Source: a virus. From it: a DNA stretch of 39,252 bases. The notes beneath the pieces were generated by a model. It ran no database searches and was not told where the DNA came from. It was given only the letters and a program-made list of their open reading frames with translations. The stretch lies in the UHGV virus genome UHGV-0390443; one strand, given 5' to 3'. The position numbers were made by a program, and so were the translations under genes. Shown here piece by piece: positions 26,419-35,024 of this stretch (positions are counted from its first letter, which is position 1; each line of letters opens with the position of its first letter).

Positions 26419-26856
26419 TTAACCAGTTACTTTTGAGCGGATCGGGTACGGCGTATTGGCATCAACATCCAGACTGATACCCGCAGTGAATTTGCCGGCC
26501 GTTAGTGGGCCAGTTGCGACGGAGTAGTTAACACGCAGATATCGCTGAACACCGGCAGGCACCTTTGCAGAAACAACTCGTTTACCTGCTGTCAGGGTAG
26601 CCTTTGCCAGTGCGCCACTATCATAAATAGTGGACCATGAGCTGTTATTCTCACTCGTCTGCAACTGGATGTTTACAGTTGCCTCACCACTTGCCGTGGC
26701 GGCTTCGTTAACCAGCACCCAAAACTCAAGCGGATAACCCACGCCGATATCGCGACGGTTTCCATCAATTGGACCGAGATCGATTACGTCAGTAGAAGCC
26801 GCGGTATTCGTAACCGCCTGAGCTTCGGAGAACATCAACAGTTTGTCGGTGATCAT
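26419..26856 (-). CDS. Putative capsid decoration protein
   Basis: 145 aa immediately downstream of major capsid gene; RBS GGAGAAAG; beta-rich composition. Confidence 0.55.
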   Translation of the reverse strand: MITDKLLMFSEAQAVTNTAASTDVIDLGPIDGNRRDIGVGYPLEFWVLVNEAATASGEATVNIQLQTSENNSSWSTIYDSGALAKATLTAGKRVVSAKVPAGVQRYLRVNYSVATGPLTAGKFTAGISLDVDANTPYPIRSKVTG

Positions 26857-26907
26857 CTTCTTTCTCCATTAGTGGGTCTGTTACGACCCACAGGTTAATA
26901 ACAGGCG

Positions 26908-27900
26908 TTACACCACGCGGGCTTCTGTTTCCAGAAGCGCATCAGTTTCACGGATTGGTACACCACGGAATGAAGTCCACCACTCGCCTTCAGTCTCTTT
27001 TACGCTGATCGCCAGAGATGTTTTCTCCAGAGATTGCAGATCAAGAGCCTGGCCTACATTGCGGTTCATGTAGAACACCGGGCGACCCATTCCACGGTTT
27101 GGAATGCGATGCAGTGCTTTAACCATCAACTTCGCAATATTTGCGGCAGAGGAAGGTTCTGAAAGATTGCTGACATCGATGTTTGCAATGCGAACAACAT
27201 AACGCCAGTCACGCAGAGCAAGTCCGTTGTCCCATTTGTAATGGGTGCGATAGCCTTCGTACTTGCCGCCATTAGCATCTTCCAGTGTCACCTGGCCTTT
27301 ATCTTCCATCTGGATGCCAGCCTTCTGCCCTTTCGGGAAGATGCCATGCACGGTGTTTTCGCCCCACACCACTAACCAGATTGAGGTGTTATCTGTACCC
27401 GTGCCACCAGCATCAATGATGTTCTGAGCATTACCCGCAGACAGGCTGGAATAGCGGGAGGACAGTCCCATAAACTGCTGAGGGTTAACGCTGGAATCAC
27501 CATAAAACAACGTCTGCGCCATCTGCTGATTCATCGCTTCAATAAATGCGCGGTCTTCAGACAGGCGGAATTCGGCGGTATTACCGTTCAGATCAGCCAG
27601 TGACTTATCGACTTCAGCATAGGTTTCCAGCATTCCAACGGAATCGGTGACCTGCACTGTGGTTGATTTGCTTGGCTGTACGCCATAGTTCAGCAAACGC
27701 CAGGTGGCTGAAGGTAAACCAGAACGAATGGTGGTTCGGTGTCCGGTAGGAAGGTTCCCTTCGACAAAAGGCATATCCTGAAGGATCGGGTTAGTTTGAC
27801 CGAGAAGCTCGATAATCTTATCGACTTTCCCGTTTGGATCGACGCGCTTACCCCAGTCAGCCAGCGTTAGCGCAGTTAAGCCTTTAACAGCCATTGTCAT
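26908..27900 (-). CDS. Major capsid protein (HK97 fold)
   Basis: 330 aa, downstream of scaffold gene; size and position typical. Confidence 0.8.
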   Translation of the reverse strand: MTMAVKGLTALTLADWGKRVDPNGKVDKIIELLGQTNPILQDMPFVEGNLPTGHRTTIRSGLPSATWRLLNYGVQPSKSTTVQVTDSVGMLETYAEVDKSLADLNGNTAEFRLSEDRAFIEAMNQQMAQTLFYGDSSVNPQQFMGLSSRYSSLSAGNAQNIIDAGGTGTDNTSIWLVVWGENTVHGIFPKGQKAGIQMEDKGQVTLEDANGGKYEGYRTHYKWDNGLALRDWRYVVRIANIDVSNLSEPSSAANIAKLMVKALHRIPNRGMGRPVFYMNRNVGQALDLQSLEKTSLAISVKETEGEWWTSFRGVPIRETDALLETEARVV

Positions 27901-27908
27901 TTCCTCTC

Positions 27909-28610
27909 TTATTTGCCATAGAGCACTTCGGCCGCACTACGCTGGCCTTCATTACCACCGGTGACCATGCCATCTTCAGACATCGCCTTTCCGATTTTCA
28001 CGAACGTTTTGACCAGATCAGGGTGATTACCCAGTCCGGTGGTGTTCAGATATTCTTTGAGTTCAGGTGTCCCGAACTGGTCAAGCGCACGCTGTGCGGC
28101 GCTAAGGTTAGAAATCAACTTGTCGCCACCGATTTCTTTGTCAGCTTTTACATCCGCAGCCCACTGCTCGGTTGTTTTCTGCCAGGCTTCTGCCTGGCGC
28201 TGCTGAACACCTGCCAGAATCTTCGGATAAGCATCAACCAGCTTTTGCGCTTGCTCGTTGGTCAGGTTTAGTTCTCGCGCCACCGGCTCGAATTCCTTCA
28301 ACGCTTCTGTATCCAGCTCTACGCCTTCGGCAGCCTGAAACTCGTACTTCTCAGGCGCACCCTCTGGTTTATCGCCGCCCTTTTTTTCATCCTGCTTATC
28401 GTTTTCAGGCTTTTTGTCATCAGCAGGTTTATCGCCATCAGCAACAGGTTGTGGCTTATCACCTTCCGGTTGTGATGGATCACCAACTGGAGCAGGGTTA
28501 TCACCTGCAGGCGCTGACGGTTCTGACGCAGCCGGAGCTGCTCCACCATCGACTGGTTGCTCATTGCAAAGACGGCGATACAGCAAACGCTCAAATAAAT
28601 TCATGATCAC
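27909..28610 (-). CDS. Scaffolding protein
   Basis: 233 aa, low-complexity Pro/Asp/Lys-rich N-terminal half, helical C-terminal half; between portal and capsid genes. Confidence 0.7.
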   Translation of the reverse strand: MIMNLFERLLYRRLCNEQPVDGGAAPAASEPSAPAGDNPAPVGDPSQPEGDKPQPVADGDKPADDKKPENDKQDEKKGGDKPEGAPEKYEFQAAEGVELDTEALKEFEPVARELNLTNEQAQKLVDAYPKILAGVQQRQAEAWQKTTEQWAADVKADKEIGGDKLISNLSAAQRALDQFGTPELKEYLNTTGLGNHPDLVKTFVKIGKAMSEDGMVTGGNEGQRSAAEVLYGK

Positions 28611-28903
28611 TCCTGTTCACTGGCCTCTTTGGCCATCTTCAAATACTGTTCAGGGCAATGCGCCATAACGCGCTGAAACAGTTCCAGCGCCAGATTGCGT
28701 TGCCCCTCATTAAATGCCATTGCCATAGCGTCCATCGGTGAGATAGCGGAAAACACACGGCCTTTCTCCAGCACCGACCAGACAACGCGACGCCCCTGTT
28801 CACTGCTCATGACAAAGCGAATGTCATCAATTTCACGCTGTGCCATGTCACATTGCTTACGGGCGTTTTCTTCTTTCAGTTGATCATCTTCGTAATCTGT
28901 CAT
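28607..28903 (-). CDS. Hypothetical head assembly protein
   Basis: 98 aa, coupled between portal and scaffold genes. Confidence 0.5.
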   Translation of the reverse strand: MTDYEDDQLKEENARKQCDMAQREIDDIRFVMSSEQGRRVVWSVLEKGRVFSAISPMDAMAMAFNEGQRNLALELFQRVMAHCPEQYLKMAKEASEQE

Positions 28904-30579
28904 TGTGATTGCCCACCCTGACCACTAACTGCATTCGCCATAGCTGACAAAACACTCGGCTCCGAAGTTTTAGCTTCGCTTAGCGTCTTGGCACCCTGTG
29001 CCGCCGCCATCCCCATCGCCATCATTTGTTGCTGCTGTTGTTGCTGTGCCCGTTGCTGGCGAGCCTGCTCAACCTGTTCCTGCGGAACAATGACGGTTGG
29101 AGACACTCCGGACATATCAGCGAATGCATCGATCGCCTGATCAACGTTGAGTTTGTCGAGAGCTTCTGGTTTCGCTTGCGCAAGTTGACCAATGAAGTTA
29201 ACCGTGGACGCCAGACTGGACAGGCCGATAGACTTCTGCGCCTGAGCCATGACGGAAATGTATTCGACCTTCAGGGGCATGCCTTCCATCGCGTCAGGCG
29301 GTGGCGGCAACATGTTTTTACGCACCATCATCGAGAAAGTGCGGTCAATGAGAGGATTAAGACATTCGTCGTTCAGACGCTCCAGAACTGGCCCCAACAT
29401 CAGAAGCTTTTCTTCTTTCATTTCGATCACTGCTTCAACAGGCATCGAGCGGGTATTGATGTTCTGCAACATCATGAACAGATCGACAAAGTAGGCGCTG
29501 TTAATGATTTGGCGGGTGTCCTGAATGTCTGCTACCAGATCTGCTGTACTGGGGTTAACCAGATAAGCAGGCCTGAAACCATCCTGACCAGTAATCTGAT
29601 CGATATACGTGATGTCGCCAGGAAGAAGGGAGGCGCGCTGATTCTTGAGGGAAGTCGGAGCAACCATCGGCGGATTGGTGGCTTTATCAATCAACTGCGA
29701 CTTGCGCTTCTGGAGAAGCTGCAATGCCTTAACAGGTCCAAGCGCCAGCATACCAGGGCATGATGATCCATAAACATCTTCGCCGTTAACTTCCCAGCGC
29801 GGAGCCATAATTGGAAACTCATCGAATCCGGACTCACGCAACAACTTGTCGTTATCGCCACCAACCTCGTAATAAACCGATTTGAATGGCTTGTTCTTGC
29901 TATCCAGCTTCGATGTATCGCGGTCAATGTTCGGGTAAACCGAATGCATCACTTCAATCCACTTCTCGTAGGTGCCGCTTTCCCACATGCTTTTTACGGA
30001 TTCGCTGACGTTATTTAGCCCGAACTCCTGAACAAGCTGACGAACAGTCATAGAGAACTTGCGAAAACAGGTGTCCACACTGCCACGAGGTGAGTTAGCC
30101 AGGTAGTAACTGCCTATAGGGAATGGCATTGTGCGAATGATGTCCTCGTCATCCTCCAGCACCGCCATTGCACCAGTGCTGTATGTGCCGAGGCTTCCGT
30201 ATAACTGCGGCAGCGACTGATAGAGATTCGACTTATTGAACATATCGTTCATGCGGTTCTGCACCGCCTCAAGCCACAACTTAACAGGGCCATAATCCAT
30301 CATTTCAGGATCTGGCGTAGCCAGGCGAAACCACGGACGCGCGGGGCTTGTGATGCCTGACATCATGCCGCTGGCGAGAGTGCGCGCCGCCATAGTCCCG
30401 GTCGAATCAATAATGCGTGTATTCCGTCGATCGTTACGGTTGACCTCAGAAGTCAGAAAGCGGGAACCACGCGGGTTGATGTAATCACTCAACTCGCGCC
30501 AGTGCGGCTCGAACGACTGACGCTCGCTTTCAAGTTGTGCGAACTGTTTGTTCAATCGCTCTTTAGTTGTTTCCGCCAT
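28900..30579 (-). CDS. Portal protein
   Basis: 559 aa directly upstream of scaffold/capsid; Gln-rich acidic C-terminus; position after terminase. Confidence 0.8.
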   Translation of the reverse strand: MAETTKERLNKQFAQLESERQSFEPHWRELSDYINPRGSRFLTSEVNRNDRRNTRIIDSTGTMAARTLASGMMSGITSPARPWFRLATPDPEMMDYGPVKLWLEAVQNRMNDMFNKSNLYQSLPQLYGSLGTYSTGAMAVLEDDEDIIRTMPFPIGSYYLANSPRGSVDTCFRKFSMTVRQLVQEFGLNNVSESVKSMWESGTYEKWIEVMHSVYPNIDRDTSKLDSKNKPFKSVYYEVGGDNDKLLRESGFDEFPIMAPRWEVNGEDVYGSSCPGMLALGPVKALQLLQKRKSQLIDKATNPPMVAPTSLKNQRASLLPGDITYIDQITGQDGFRPAYLVNPSTADLVADIQDTRQIINSAYFVDLFMMLQNINTRSMPVEAVIEMKEEKLLMLGPVLERLNDECLNPLIDRTFSMMVRKNMLPPPPDAMEGMPLKVEYISVMAQAQKSIGLSSLASTVNFIGQLAQAKPEALDKLNVDQAIDAFADMSGVSPTVIVPQEQVEQARQQRAQQQQQQQMMAMGMAAAQGAKTLSEAKTSEPSVLSAMANAVSGQGGQSQ

Positions 30580-30593
30580 TTCAATGACTCCGG

Positions 30594-30800
30594 TTACTGA
30601 CCAAGCAGCGTTTTACCGCTGGTATTAGCGGTTGATGTGTCGCCCTGAGAACCGGTAAGCAGCGTAGAACTACGACCAGCAGCAGCGCGACGGCGACGTG
30701 TTTCTTCGTCGCGGGCATCAACAACGGCGGCATCCTGCTCCTGTGGTGCTGCCTGAACTTCTGGTGTTGCAGGCACTGATGGTGAGCTACCCATGCACAT
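30594..30800 (-). CDS. Small hypothetical protein upstream of portal
   Basis: 68-aa ORF, RBS GGAG spacing 7, Ala/Thr-rich. Confidence 0.4.
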   Translation of the reverse strand: MCMGSSPSVPATPEVQAAPQEQDAAVVDARDEETRRRRAAAGRSSTLLTGSQGDTSTANTSGKTLLGQ

Positions 30801-30868
30801 ATCAATGACTCCGTACGCAATTAAATTATTACCAATTTAACCACATATGATTTATTTATCGTAGATAG

Positions 30869-30905
30869 TTGACATTTAACGCACAAATTATTACCTTTCA
30901 GGTAA
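30869..30905 (+). promoter_or_regulatory. Putative promoter (TTGACA 30869..30874) with operator TTACCTTTCAGGTAA (30891..30905), facing tRNA and gp49-like gene
   Basis: -35 hexamer; dyad overlaps expected -10 position at 17-bp spacing. Confidence 0.5.
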
Positions 30906-31227
30906 GCAAAGGGTTCATTCCGGTTATTAACCTGACTGGCTTGTCGTTAAATTGAACAGGTGGAGTGAGCTTTTATTTTGAGCAGTACGGCGTATGGCAC
31001 ATGCGCCGATAGCGGTCTGGATACGTTTAAGGGGCACCCTCCCTTGCTCGGGCAAACGAACCAGGTAGCCGGAATGTGCAAGTCGAGCGGTTTTATTCCG
31101 CGCACGGGGATTCACCATCCCGGCGATTCGGTGTGACGCCTCGGAAGAGACGAGGGTACAACGATGAGAGCATTTATGGAGCCGCGACAAAGTGTGGCGC
31201 CTTAACAGGCTAAGTGCTCTCAGCGTT

Positions 31228-31304
31228 GTGGCATTAGCTCAGTTGGACAGAGCAACCGCCTTCTAAGCGGTTGGTCGCAGGTTCGAATCCTGCATGCCAC
31301 GCCA
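31228..31304 (+). tRNA. tRNA-Arg (anticodon UCU), with encoded CCA
   Basis: Manually folded cloverleaf: acceptor GTGGCAT/ATGCCAC, D-stem GCTC/GAGC, anticodon stem ACCGC/GCGGT with loop CTTCTAA, T-stem GCAGG/CCTGC with TTCGAAT loop. Confidence 0.85.
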
Positions 31305-31347
31305 GAATCACGCCTAAGGACCGTGATGCCAGAAGTTCCAGGTGCTT

Positions 31348-31390
31348 GGCGGTGATAGTTTCCCTTGAAGGACTATCACCGCCCTTTTTA
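31348..31390 (+). terminator. Strong rho-independent terminator after tRNA
   Basis: 12-bp stem GGCGGTGATAGT/ACTATCACCGCC followed by CTTTTTAC. Confidence 0.75.
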
Positions 31391-31467
31391 CAGCAGGACG
31401 CCATTGCGATGACTTCATGCTGTAAACCCGTACAGCCACGGAAGGCATAACTCATTGCTTCCAGTTC

Positions 31468-31491
31468 GCCCGGTTCGCCGGGCATTTTTTT
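31468..31491 (+). terminator. Second rho-independent terminator upstream of gp49-like gene
   Basis: GCCCGG-TTCG-CCGGGC followed by ATTTTTTT. Confidence 0.7.
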
Positions 31492-31502
31492 AAGGTGAGA
31501 TT

Positions 31503-31877
31503 ATGAACGACCAGCAAATCGAAAAAGAAATCGTTGAGAAAGGCAAAACGGCACCGCGCGTAACACCTGAGAAAATTGAAGGCCTCATTTGCAGTGAGCA
31601 TTTTTTCACTGCTGCGCAGGGTGATCACCAGGCTAAAGAAGATGACCTTATTTATAATCCGGAGCCTTATGTCGAAGCCACCCCTGATGCTCTGCACCTT
31701 CTCACTTTCTGCGTACTGGTGCTGAAGAATGGCTTCACCGTCACCGGAGAGAGTTCCTGTGCAAGTCCGGAAAATTTTGATGCAGAAATTGGTCGGAAGA
31801 TTGCCCGGCAGAATGCTGTAAACAAAATCTGGATGCTCGAAGGTTACTTGCTGAAGCAGAAGTTAAGCGAGCAATAA
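31503..31877 (+). CDS. N4 gp49 / Sf6 gp66-family phage protein (moron between terminase and portal)
   Basis: 124 aa; RBS AAGGTGAG; family assignment from remembered similarity, unverified. Confidence 0.6.
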   Translation: MNDQQIEKEIVEKGKTAPRVTPEKIEGLICSEHFFTAAQGDHQAKEDDLIYNPEPYVEATPDALHLLTFCVLVLKNGFTVTGESSCASPENFDAEIGRKIARQNAVNKIWMLEGYLLKQKLSEQ

Positions 31878-31895
31878 CACCGTGGCATGTCACAA

Positions 31896-31925
31896 ACAGC
31901 CAGCCTATGAGCTGGCTTTGTTTTA
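31896..31925 (+). terminator. Rho-independent terminator after gp49-like gene
   Basis: Stem AGCCAGC/GCTGGCT followed by TTGTTTTAT. Confidence 0.65.
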
Positions 31926-31967
31926 TCCTCACCAGAGGATATCAACGACATTATCCCCACCAGCGGA

Positions 31968-33443
31968 TTAAGCATAAGGGTCATAATCCGTTATGGCCCT
32001 TCCCTGCTGGCTTTGCTGTCCTGGTATATTTATGCGTTTCGAGACCGGGAAAGCAAACGTCAGCAGTAGCGCATCTCCTTTACCAGGAGAACGCCCAAGA
32101 CGCTCTTTGATATCTTCCTTCGGTTCGATAACGATTTTACCGTCCACACGAACTTTGTACTCTGCCGCCGACAGGTCGTCTGCAGTTTCCTGGTCATCCA
32201 GCATGCCGCCCAGCCTCAGCCATGTCTTACATGAGTTGAACATCTCCCCACGCTTGTTAAGCATCTGCGGGTCAGTGGACGCACCGCCGAACGGAACAAG
32301 TTGCCATGTACGTCCCCAGCCATCACCGATTGACTTCAAACCGGTTCCATAACCGAAGTCGATGAACACCGCGTCAGCCTGATACTGGTCTTCAAAGTCA
32401 GCGATACGCTTCGCCATAATCAGATCGTCGGTGGTCTTGTTACCAGTCCATAGCACCTTACTGTGCAGCCCCTGCCGCAGGTATATCACAGCGTCATCAA
32501 CGCCGGAGTATGCCGGGTCAACGCCGATTATCACCGGAGCATGTGCAACCTGCGCAGCGGTTACCACCCGTTTCATTGCCTCGTCAGTAAGGCCGGTAGG
32601 GATAAACTGCAATTCAGATGCATCCGGGAATATGCCGCGCACACGGATTTTAACGAAGTCGCTGTCTTCCCCGTAGTCATCAACCCATTTCTGCAACTGC
32701 TGTTTGTTAGTGCCTTCCACCGTCCGGCTGTCAATCTGCGCAGTTTTCCAGCGGTGTTTATATTTGCGGAAACATTCGCGGAAACGCCCGGTGTTACGTG
32801 TAGGGTTTCCGAATGCCACCCAGATAATCTCAGTGTCTTCGTCCGTCAGCGCACCCTCTGCTACCTCCCACACCAGATCGGCAATGTTGGATGCTTCGTC
32901 GAATACCACGATGATGCGTTTGCGCTCGTTGTGTAGTCCGGCGAATGCCTCAGTGTTGTGCTCAGACCAGGGGATTGCGTCAGCTCGCCACCGCTTGTCG
33001 TGCCCAGGGTCATTGCTGTACATCGCGGTAGCGGTACAGGTAAACCAGTCTTTCGTGATAGCAAGGTTCGACCACTTGATAATTTCCGGCCAGGTCTTCG
33101 TTCGTAGCTGGTTGTCGGTGTTGGCGGTCACCACGACCTTACAATCCTCGCAAGTGGACATGCCCCAGTTGATCAGCATTGAGATGAATGCGGATTTACC
33201 AATACCGTGACCAGAAGCACGTGCCAGCATAAGCGGCTGATATCGCGTCTCTGGATTCTGCAGGTGATCACGTATCTCTCGGAACGCATCGGCCTGCCAC
33301 TGACGTGGACCGGTGGCATGTGCCAGTTCAGTACCCTCTTCCCCCCACGGGAACGCATAGAGGGCATAGCCAAGCGGATCGTGAGTGAACCCTGCAATAT
33401 CCTCGATTAACTGCTCTTCAGGAGATAATGCTGTATCTGTCAC
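31968..33443 (-). CDS. Terminase large subunit
   Basis: 491 aa; Walker A-like ARASGHGIGKS; nuclease-domain acidic residues in C-terminal half; overlaps small subunit gene. Confidence 0.9.
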   Translation of the reverse strand: MTDTALSPEEQLIEDIAGFTHDPLGYALYAFPWGEEGTELAHATGPRQWQADAFREIRDHLQNPETRYQPLMLARASGHGIGKSAFISMLINWGMSTCEDCKVVVTANTDNQLRTKTWPEIIKWSNLAITKDWFTCTATAMYSNDPGHDKRWRADAIPWSEHNTEAFAGLHNERKRIIVVFDEASNIADLVWEVAEGALTDEDTEIIWVAFGNPTRNTGRFRECFRKYKHRWKTAQIDSRTVEGTNKQQLQKWVDDYGEDSDFVKIRVRGIFPDASELQFIPTGLTDEAMKRVVTAAQVAHAPVIIGVDPAYSGVDDAVIYLRQGLHSKVLWTGNKTTDDLIMAKRIADFEDQYQADAVFIDFGYGTGLKSIGDGWGRTWQLVPFGGASTDPQMLNKRGEMFNSCKTWLRLGGMLDDQETADDLSAAEYKVRVDGKIVIEPKEDIKERLGRSPGKGDALLLTFAFPVSKRINIPGQQSQQGRAITDYDPYA

Positions 33444-34036
33444 TGATTGCCATCCTGACGTTCTTTCAGTCTCTTCCTGGCTGCCGCTATGCGATCAGCA
33501 ATTGTCACATTCACATTAACATCCAGGCGTTCTTTGAATGCGTTGACGTCGACGTGCTTACCAATCAGTTCGAGGTTCTTCACCTTGTCAGGCCATTTAA
33601 TTTTTTTGAGGATTGTCTCTATCGAATCCTCGTTCATGTTCATGATGGTCGATGACAGATCAAAGCCACTAAGCGTAGTGCGCCAGATTTTCGGCCACTC
33701 ACGGATTGGTTTAAGGCTCCCATCGTCGTTGAGGATATCGATCACGTCCATCTGGTCGATCTCCACCAGGCGCATGAGAACGTAATCAGCACTGACGCGC
33801 ATTCGTTTGTTGCGCTCCTCCATCAACTCGGCAATCCGTTTTTGAATGCGTTCATCGCGCATCATGACACTGGCTTTAACTGCCGCTGTATTTGGGGAGA
33901 ATCCTGCGTTAATCGCTGCCTGAGTCTGGTTTTCAGGCGTTTTGATGTATGACTGGCAATAAGCCTCCTGCATTGCTGTGAGCGGCTTAAATTGCGTTGA
34001 TTTGCGTTTATAGGTTTTAGGTTCAGCAGGCATCAT
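33440..34036 (-). CDS. Terminase small subunit
   Basis: ORF track 33440..34114; start at MMPAEPKTYKRK (34036) preferred because a minus-strand terminator hairpin lies at 34078..34105 and the conserved LTAMQEAYCQSY region begins ~19 aa later. Confidence 0.7.
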   Translation of the reverse strand: MMPAEPKTYKRKSTQFKPLTAMQEAYCQSYIKTPENQTQAAINAGFSPNTAAVKASVMMRDERIQKRIAELMEERNKRMRVSADYVLMRLVEIDQMDVIDILNDDGSLKPIREWPKIWRTTLSGFDLSSTIMNMNEDSIETILKKIKWPDKVKNLELIGKHVDVNAFKERLDVNVNVTIADRIAAARKRLKERQDGNQ

Positions 34037-34077
34037 AACCACCGTGGTAATAGTTACCGTTGTGGTAATAGTACCAT

Positions 34078-34105
34078 GCAAAATAAAGCCGCCATAGTTG
34101 GCGGC
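34078..34105 (-). terminator. Rho-independent terminator between early genes and the late operon
   Basis: Stem GCCGCCA/TGGCGGC with loop; minus-strand downstream TTTATTTTG. Confidence 0.6.
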
Positions 34106-34154
34106 AGTATTCAAAACACATCAAATTCATCATGCATAATCTACTCGTGACATG

Positions 34155-34496
34155 TCACACTATTAATTTCGTTTCATGCCAGCCTTTAGTCACCCAGCAT
34201 TGCGAGTCACCATTGCACGGGCATGAATTAACTGGAACTCTCTCGCCGCACTTACCGCAACGTTTTCTGCTGATCGATTTTATACGCCCGCGCACGCGTG
34301 CATCATCCTGGCGGATCAGTAACGCTATATACTCACCAAATTCGTAAGGCGCACGCCCGGGGCGACGCGTGGCACAGTTACGCTCCAGCATTTCAATTTC
34401 CTGAGCATCAAGCACAATTTCCAGCTTACGCACACCAGATGCAGCTTGTCTGGCTCTCTGAGCGGCTTTGCGCTCTGCTGCTGATTTAGCCATCAA
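34155..34496 (-). CDS. Small DNA-binding-like protein (RHH-like N-terminus plus Cys-rich C-terminus); candidate late-gene regulator
   Basis: 113 aa; MMAKSAAERKAAQRARQAASGVRKLEIVLDAQEIEMLERN then RKRCGKCGERVPVNSCPCNGDSQCW; last gene before late-operon terminator. Confidence 0.45.
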   Translation of the reverse strand: MMAKSAAERKAAQRARQAASGVRKLEIVLDAQEIEMLERNCATRRPGRAPYEFGEYIALLIRQDDARVRGRIKSISRKRCGKCGERVPVNSCPCNGDSQCWVTKGWHETKLIV

Positions 34497-34767
34497 TATT
34501 TACCTTTATCGCGAACACATTTACCGGTTTATCGCCGAAGTGCGGATGTGTGATTGTCTTGATTTCATACCCTTCATACGGGACGTCTATTCTACGACTG
34601 GAATCGTCGCGCTTCGGATATCCCTTTGTGATAATCAGGCGGTCATACTTACGGTTAACGAGGCGCTTATTCCAGTAGTCATTACACAAGCGATACTCTT
34701 CCGTTTTCTCTCCGCGAATCATGGCATCGAAGTATTCACCTTTGACGGCAAGTTGCAGGTTAGCCAT
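34486..34767 (-). CDS. Hypothetical protein, possible ASCH/PUA-like fold
   Basis: ATG 34767 with RBS GGAGG spacing 7 (TAATG stop/start overlap); ORF track 34486..34788. Confidence 0.45.
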   Translation of the reverse strand: MANLQLAVKGEYFDAMIRGEKTEEYRLCNDYWNKRLVNRKYDRLIITKGYPKRDDSSRRIDVPYEGYEIKTITHPHFGDKPVNVFAIKVNIDG

Positions 34768-35024
34768 TACCGCACCTCCAGTCTCCATACCGCCTGACCA
34801 ATCCGGCTGGCATGGGTATCTTTGGATACTGTTCCGTCTTTAGCCATCTCCATAAGAATTTTGCGCAAATCTGCCGAACGCCATTCTTCATCAGGAAATT
34901 CCTTCTCCATTGCCAACCGCAGATTCCAGGTTGCCATCCTGAATGGATATTCCCCGCCGAGAGCTTTATCTTGCAGGGCAGCCCGGGAACGCATCACCTG
35001 CAAAACCTTCTCTTTTACAGCCAT
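34767..35024 (-). CDS. Hypothetical protein (about 85 aa)
   Basis: Internal ATG of ORF 34767..35099 (MAVKEKVLQ...), abutting the upstream stop. Confidence 0.4.
   Translation of the reverse strand: MAVKEKVLQVMRSRAALQDKALGGEYPFRMATWNLRLAMEKEFPDEEWRSADLRKILMEMAKDGTVSKDTHASRIGQAVWRLEVR

Noticed and set aside
30927-31190. Minus-strand 87-aa ORF in the tRNA leader region
   Set aside because: No RBS, opposite to local transcription from the TTGACA promoter, and compositionally unlike neighbouring genes; region treated as non-coding leader.
31228-31304. tRNA-Arg considered as the phage attachment site (argU-type integration)
   Set aside because: The tRNA is complete with its own promoter and terminators, differs from E. 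coli argU as I recall it, and is 24 kb from int; attP cores are usually tRNA 3' fragments adjacent to int.
34037-34114. ORF-track start of the small terminase gene at 34114
   Set aside because: A minus-strand terminator hairpin with U-tract (34078..34105) sits inside this extension, and conserved terminase sequence begins shortly after the MMPAEP start at 34036.
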